From positions 473,173 through 537,172 of the forward strand of contig CP070695.1 in NCBI GenBank assembly GCA_020353515.1: a stretch of 64,000 bases of DNA. Direction: 5' to 3'. This DNA is from Candidatus Heimdallarchaeota archaeon. Its GTDB lineage: Archaea; Asgardarchaeota; Heimdallarchaeia; Hodarchaeales; Hodarchaeaceae. The notes beneath the pieces are model-generated. The model ran no database searches. It saw only the letters and a program-made list of their open reading frames with translations, and was not told where the DNA came from. A program made the position numbers and the translations under genes. Shown here piece by piece: positions 60,004 to 64,000 of the stretch (its first letter is position 1; every line of letters begins with the position of its first letter).

Positions 60004-61392
60004 TCAAAGTGGGGTGAGGAACCTTCCATATCCTTGGTCTACATGAAAGCTACCAGTATCGTATACTAAATTTCCCCTCACAAATGTTTTCTCGATCGCT
60101 CCTTTTAATTTCATCCCATCAAAAACTGTTACTTTCGGTTTAGTGAATAATTCCTCACTTTTTAGGGTGTATTCTTTTCGCATGTCTACAATTACTAGAT
60201 CTGCATCGGCACCTAATGCAATAGTTCCTTTACGAGGATATAACCCAAATCGCTTTGAAGGAGTTATAGATGTTGATTCGACAACCCTCTGTAATGTAAT
60301 CTTCTTTTTATTGACTGCATCAATCATTAGAGGCAGAATTGTTTCCAAACCAGTTGTTCCTGACCCAACCTCAAAGAAATTATCATCTTTTTGGCTTACA
60401 TCCTTCTCATCATCAGAATAAGGAGAATGGTCTGAAGCTATCATATCTATGGTTCTATCATTCAATGCTTCCCACGCTGCAATAACATGATCCCTTGATC
60501 TCAGAGGTGGGTCAACCTTAGCCCATGATCCTATTTTTTCGCCATCCTCAGATGTAAGGAAAAGGTGGTGGGGTGTTATTTCACACGTTACATCCCATTT
60601 ATTCTGTTTCGCTCTTCTAATATAGTCAAAAGCATTTTTTGAACTCATGTGGACGAGATTGAGCTTTACATTCGCATGATGTGCTAGTAAGAGAGCCCTC
60701 ATACATGCTTCATCTTCAGAAATAGCAGGTCTAGAAGCTGTATGCGCTTTAAAATCTTTTCTCCCCTTAGAAATTAACTTATCAATCTCATTGGAGATTA
60801 TAACATCATTTTCAGCATGAACACTACTAACAAGTCCAGTTTTTGCGATCTCCGAAAAAATTTTCATCAGAAAATAATCATCTTTGGCAGCAAGATCCTT
60901 TAATTCAGCTTCCTCCTCCGAGGGGTTAATCATAAATGTTTTAAAAGCAACGGCTCCTCTTTGAGCTGATTCAGCGATAGTGTCAATGCTCGAATAGCCA
61001 GCTGACCCTATTATCCCAAAATCTACCAAACATCTCTTCTTCATGATATCCAATTGCATATCAAATACTTCAAGTACAGATTTTCCCTCAATACCGAGAG
61101 GCATCTCTAATACAGTTGTTATCCCTCCTGCAGCAGCAGATCTAGTTCCTGTAACAAAAGTTTCCCTATAATCAAAAATTAAATCTAAAATATGAGTGTG
61201 TACATCAATCCCACCAGGGATAACTATTTTTCCTGAAGCATCAATTGTTTCTTGAGCTTTTGGTATGGCATTCTCTTTCCCGATTACTACTATTCTTCCC
61301 TGATCAATACCTAAACTTGCATCAACGAGATCATCTTCTAGGAAAATCTTAGCGTTAACAATATTTAGATCTAGTATTATAATAACCTCCAA
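60004..61392 (-). CDS. Cyclic amidohydrolase (allantoinase/dihydroorotase family)
   Basis: PGGIDVHTH, AAAGGITT..EMP, FK, HAE, VH, ASDHSP, GADAD. Confidence 0.9.
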   Translation of the reverse strand: MEVIIILDLNIVNAKIFLEDDLVDASLGIDQGRIVVIGKENAIPKAQETIDASGKIVIPGGIDVHTHILDLIFDYRETFVTGTRSAAAGGITTVLEMPLGIEGKSVLEVFDMQLDIMKKRCLVDFGIIGSAGYSSIDTIAESAQRGAVAFKTFMINPSEEEAELKDLAAKDDYFLMKIFSEIAKTGLVSSVHAENDVIISNEIDKLISKGRKDFKAHTASRPAISEDEACMRALLLAHHANVKLNLVHMSSKNAFDYIRRAKQNKWDVTCEITPHHLFLTSEDGEKIGSWAKVDPPLRSRDHVIAAWEALNDRTIDMIASDHSPYSDDEKDVSQKDDNFFEVGSGTTGLETILPLMIDAVNKKKITLQRVVESTSITPSKRFGLYPRKGTIALGADADLVIVDMRKEYTLKSEELFTKPKVTVFDGMKLKGAIEKTFVRGNLVYDTGSFHVDQGYGRFLTPL

Positions 61393-61437
61393 AAGATGTG
61401 AAATCAGATATTAAGATGAAAAATTTATACATTACCC

Positions 61438-61530
61438 ACAACGAAGGGTCAAGGTGACTTCTGGTTGGTGAAAATAAATGCCTCTGGGCAAGTAGAATGG
61501 GATCAAACCTATTGAGGTGATGAAGGTCAT
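61438..61530 (+). pseudogene. Relic of a beta-propeller repeat from a surface protein
   Basis: TTKGQGDFWLVKINASGQVEWDQTY*GDEG; TGA at 61513-61515 where the repeat usually reads TYGG. Confidence 0.55.
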
Positions 61531-61806
61531 GTCTTTGAATTCCATCTTTTCCCGGAAACGAAGATTATAGATCTTCCATTTTCCTTTTTTATTTGTAAAT
61601 ATTCAGATTTAGGAATTTTTCAGATTTAAGGATCTGTTTTATTACTTTATAGCTGTATTATCCCGATCTAGTAAAGTTTTTCCCACGTAATTCCAGTTTT
61701 GGGTGAAATAATGTTTGTTGCACCCTGTTACAACAATAATCCTTTTTTATTGTTCCAACAATATACTCATATACCCTTAAGTTGTTTCAAACTGGAAGAG
61801 ATACCT

Positions 61807-64000
61807 ATGAATAGAAAATTCGTTTTCAGAACAGGATTGTTCCTTGTACTGGTTCTTATATTATCCACTTCGAATGTTATGTATATTACCCCTTCTATGG
61901 AGATAACTTCACAGAAGAAGACATTTATGAGAGCAAATCTTCAAACAATTCAACCTCTTGTTAAGGATATGCGTAAATCTTCCTCTGATATTGATCCATT
62001 ATCTTCTCGTGCTTTTAACTCATTCTCCACTCAAGAGGATTATAATAGAATCTATATTAATGGCAACACAGATTTCCATACTCAAGCCAGCGAGAAGAAT
62101 TGGCTAGGTAATGGTTCTCAGGTTGCTCCTTATATAATCGAGGATCAGGTTTTTACCACGAACTGTTTTATTTATAATACCAGTCTGTTTTTTCACCTCC
62201 GTAATTGTTTTTTCAACTGGAGCTATAGGGGGGAATTGGGGTTTTTCTTAACCAATGTAACAAATGCACAACTAGTAAACAATACACTGATAAGGATAAA
62301 TTCCCTTAATACTATACATTTTCTCCTCTCGAACTCTTCTCACAATTCTGTAATTAATAATACTCTTAACGATGGAAGGATTGTCCTCCGGAACTCTCCT
62401 CATAATTCTCTAATTAATAATACTCTTATCAATTCCGATATCAAAATTTCAGGATCGACACTTGGGGATGTTTTACAATTTGAGGTAAGTAATAACTCAA
62501 TCGACTCTTATCCTCTAGTTTTTAAACAGAATATTACTGGAGGTACTCTTCAAGCTAATGGAACTGCCCTCATTCTGATTAATTGCATTGATGTTGAAAT
62601 TTACGGACAGTTTTTGTTGGACCTTCAACTAGTTTTTTGCACAAATCTGTTACTCCATGGTAATAGGCTCAATAGGCTTCAATTAACCTATTGTTCAGAT
62701 TCTAATATCCAAGACAATACAATTACTATGGAGATTTTCTATTCCTCTTGTATTTCGCTTGAAAATTCTCCAAATAACCAAATTACGAATAATACTATTA
62801 TTGATACTACTATATCGTTATCCTCTGGTATAGCGTTATCCTCTTCAGATAATAATTTTCTAGTTAACAATACAATTTTGAATTGCTCAAAAGGAATTGT
62901 TCTTTCGGAATCGAGCCATACTGCGCTCATTAATAATTTTATTGATCTTGAATCCTATATGGGTGACCCCTCTATCGGTATAGAACTCGATAATTCAAAA
63001 AATACGACTATCTTAGATAACCAGTTATTTGGTTGTTATCTTTCCTTCCTTGGGATTGATACTGATGATTGTTTGCAGGTAGAAGCTAATAATAACTTTA
63101 TTGACGACAAGCCTTTGATTTTTTGGAAGAATATTTTTAATAATTCGGTTCCAGCGGATGTGAAACAGATTTTTTTGGTTAATTGCTCCTTTATTGAAGT
63201 TTCTCATCAAAATTTGTCTAATTTACTCAGTTTCTACGGGATTTCTTGTTCCAATTTATTTATTCATGACAACGATATTGACCCCGATATTACAGGATTT
63301 GGTAGAATTAATTTAGATTCTACGAATGATAGTATTGTAACGCATAATACTCTTACCTATGTAAGATTAGATTGGTGTTCTTCTAATATTATCTCTTATA
63401 ATACTCTTAGTAGATTAGACATAGTGGAAGGGGGGAATAACACTGTTTTGGCAAACAATTTTGTTCGTATGGGGTTTATTAGTACGGATCTCCGGATTTA
63501 TGAATCTTATCAAAATAATATCTCTTCTAATTCTGTTTTCAACGAAGCAATAATTATTAATGGGGGAAGTGAGAATCTCCTCTGCAATAACAGTGTATCG
63601 ATAACCTCTGAATATTATGGTGGAGGAGGAATAATTATCTGGGATACTGGACAGCTTAGAATAGTTGGTAACCATATTTCCAATAGCCTCGGGCATGGAA
63701 TTTTTGTTGGATCCACAAGTGGTCTTAAAGTGCATATTATGGGTAATAAATTAGTACTTAATGCGGGATATGGGATTTTCCTTGATCATTTTTCTTCTGA
63801 GATGATTGTTGGTTATAATGATTTCATTGGAAATCATGAAGGGGGAAGACAGGCCTGTGACAATGGTTCGGATAATTACTTCTTTTTCAACTACTGGGAT
63901 GATTGGCTAACCCCTGATGAGAATAATGATGAGATTGTTGATATTGCCTATCCCATTGACGGATCCAGCTCTAATTCTGATTCTTACCCGCGTCTTGTTC
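61807..64000 (+). CDS. Secreted NosD-like beta-helix surface protein, partial (runs off the window; absent from the ORF track)
   Basis: ATG 61807 MNRKFVFRTGLFLVLVLILS signal peptide; IYINGNTDF..WLGNGSQVAPYIIE; frame open to 64000; QACDNG..NYWDDW.TPD..D.IVD..Y.IDG shared with 53927..56593. Confidence 0.88.
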   Translation, partial: MNRKFVFRTGLFLVLVLILSTSNVMYITPSMEITSQKKTFMRANLQTIQPLVKDMRKSSSDIDPLSSRAFNSFSTQEDYNRIYINGNTDFHTQASEKNWLGNGSQVAPYIIEDQVFTTNCFIYNTSLFFHLRNCFFNWSYRGELGFFLTNVTNAQLVNNTLIRINSLNTIHFLLSNSSHNSVINNTLNDGRIVLRNSPHNSLINNTLINSDIKISGSTLGDVLQFEVSNNSIDSYPLVFKQNITGGTLQANGTALILINCIDVEIYGQFLLDLQLVFCTNLLLHGNRLNRLQLTYCSDSNIQDNTITMEIFYSSCISLENSPNNQITNNTIIDTTISLSSGIALSSSDNNFLVNNTILNCSKGIVLSESSHTALINNFIDLESYMGDPSIGIELDNSKNTTILDNQLFGCYLSFLGIDTDDCLQVEANNNFIDDKPLIFWKNIFNNSVPADVKQIFLVNCSFIEVSHQNLSNLLSFYGISCSNLFIHDNDIDPDITGFGRINLDSTNDSIVTHNTLTYVRLDWCSSNIISYNTLSRLDIVEGGNNTVLANNFVRMGFISTDLRIYESYQNNISSNSVFNEAIIINGGSENLLCNNSVSITSEYYGGGGIIIWDTGQLRIVGNHISNSLGHGIFVGSTSGLKVHIMGNKLVLNAGYGIFLDHFSSEMIVGYNDFIGNHEGGRQACDNGSDNYFFFNYWDDWLTPDENNDEIVDIAYPIDGSSSNSDSYPRLV

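Noticed and set aside
2802-63735. Many short ORFs in the track antisense to or nested in longer genes (for example 2802, 4255, 12739, 18421, 44025, 56683, 62739, 63025, 63415)
   Set aside because: Shadow frames of well-supported genes, with no motifs of their own
1-64000. tRNA, rRNA, transposase, integrase or provirus
   Set aside because: No recognisable cloverleaf, GC-rich structural RNA stretch or mobile-element protein seen by eye; tRNAscan-SE and Infernal would be needed to exclude small RNAs

Overview
AT-rich, gene-dense archaeal chromosome segment, most likely from an Asgard archaeon (Heimdallarchaeia/Hodarchaeales-like). This assignment is an inference from the archaeal GluRS and HMG-CoA synthase, a Ras-superfamily small GTPase, a large TPR protein, and NosD-type beta-helix surface proteins. 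I saw no rRNA, tRNA, CRISPR array or transposase. The window holds housekeeping and metabolic genes (gltX, ribA, mutM, surE, meaB, HMG-CoA synthase fused to a DUF35-like domain), a bacterial-type prpBCDE methylcitrate operon, and a corrinoid protein / homocysteine methyltransferase / non-pyrrolysine MttB cluster. It also has three solitary beta-class DNA methyltransferases, a PLDc_N + ABC exporter operon preceded by three operator-like palindromes at 21-bp period, several transporters, and about six gene relics. The most interesting observations are: (1) two multi-TM + EEP proteins resembling the eukaryotic GPI-lipid remodelase Cwh43/PGAP2IP; (2) an 88-aa zinc-ribbon protein with a beta-thymosin/actobindin(WH2)-like N-terminus; (3) a probable methylamine-driven split methionine synthase; (4) apparent ATC/ATA/ATT initiation behind good SD motifs; (5) a PrpC with the catalytic His replaced by Asn. 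All family calls come from motif recognition, not database searches.
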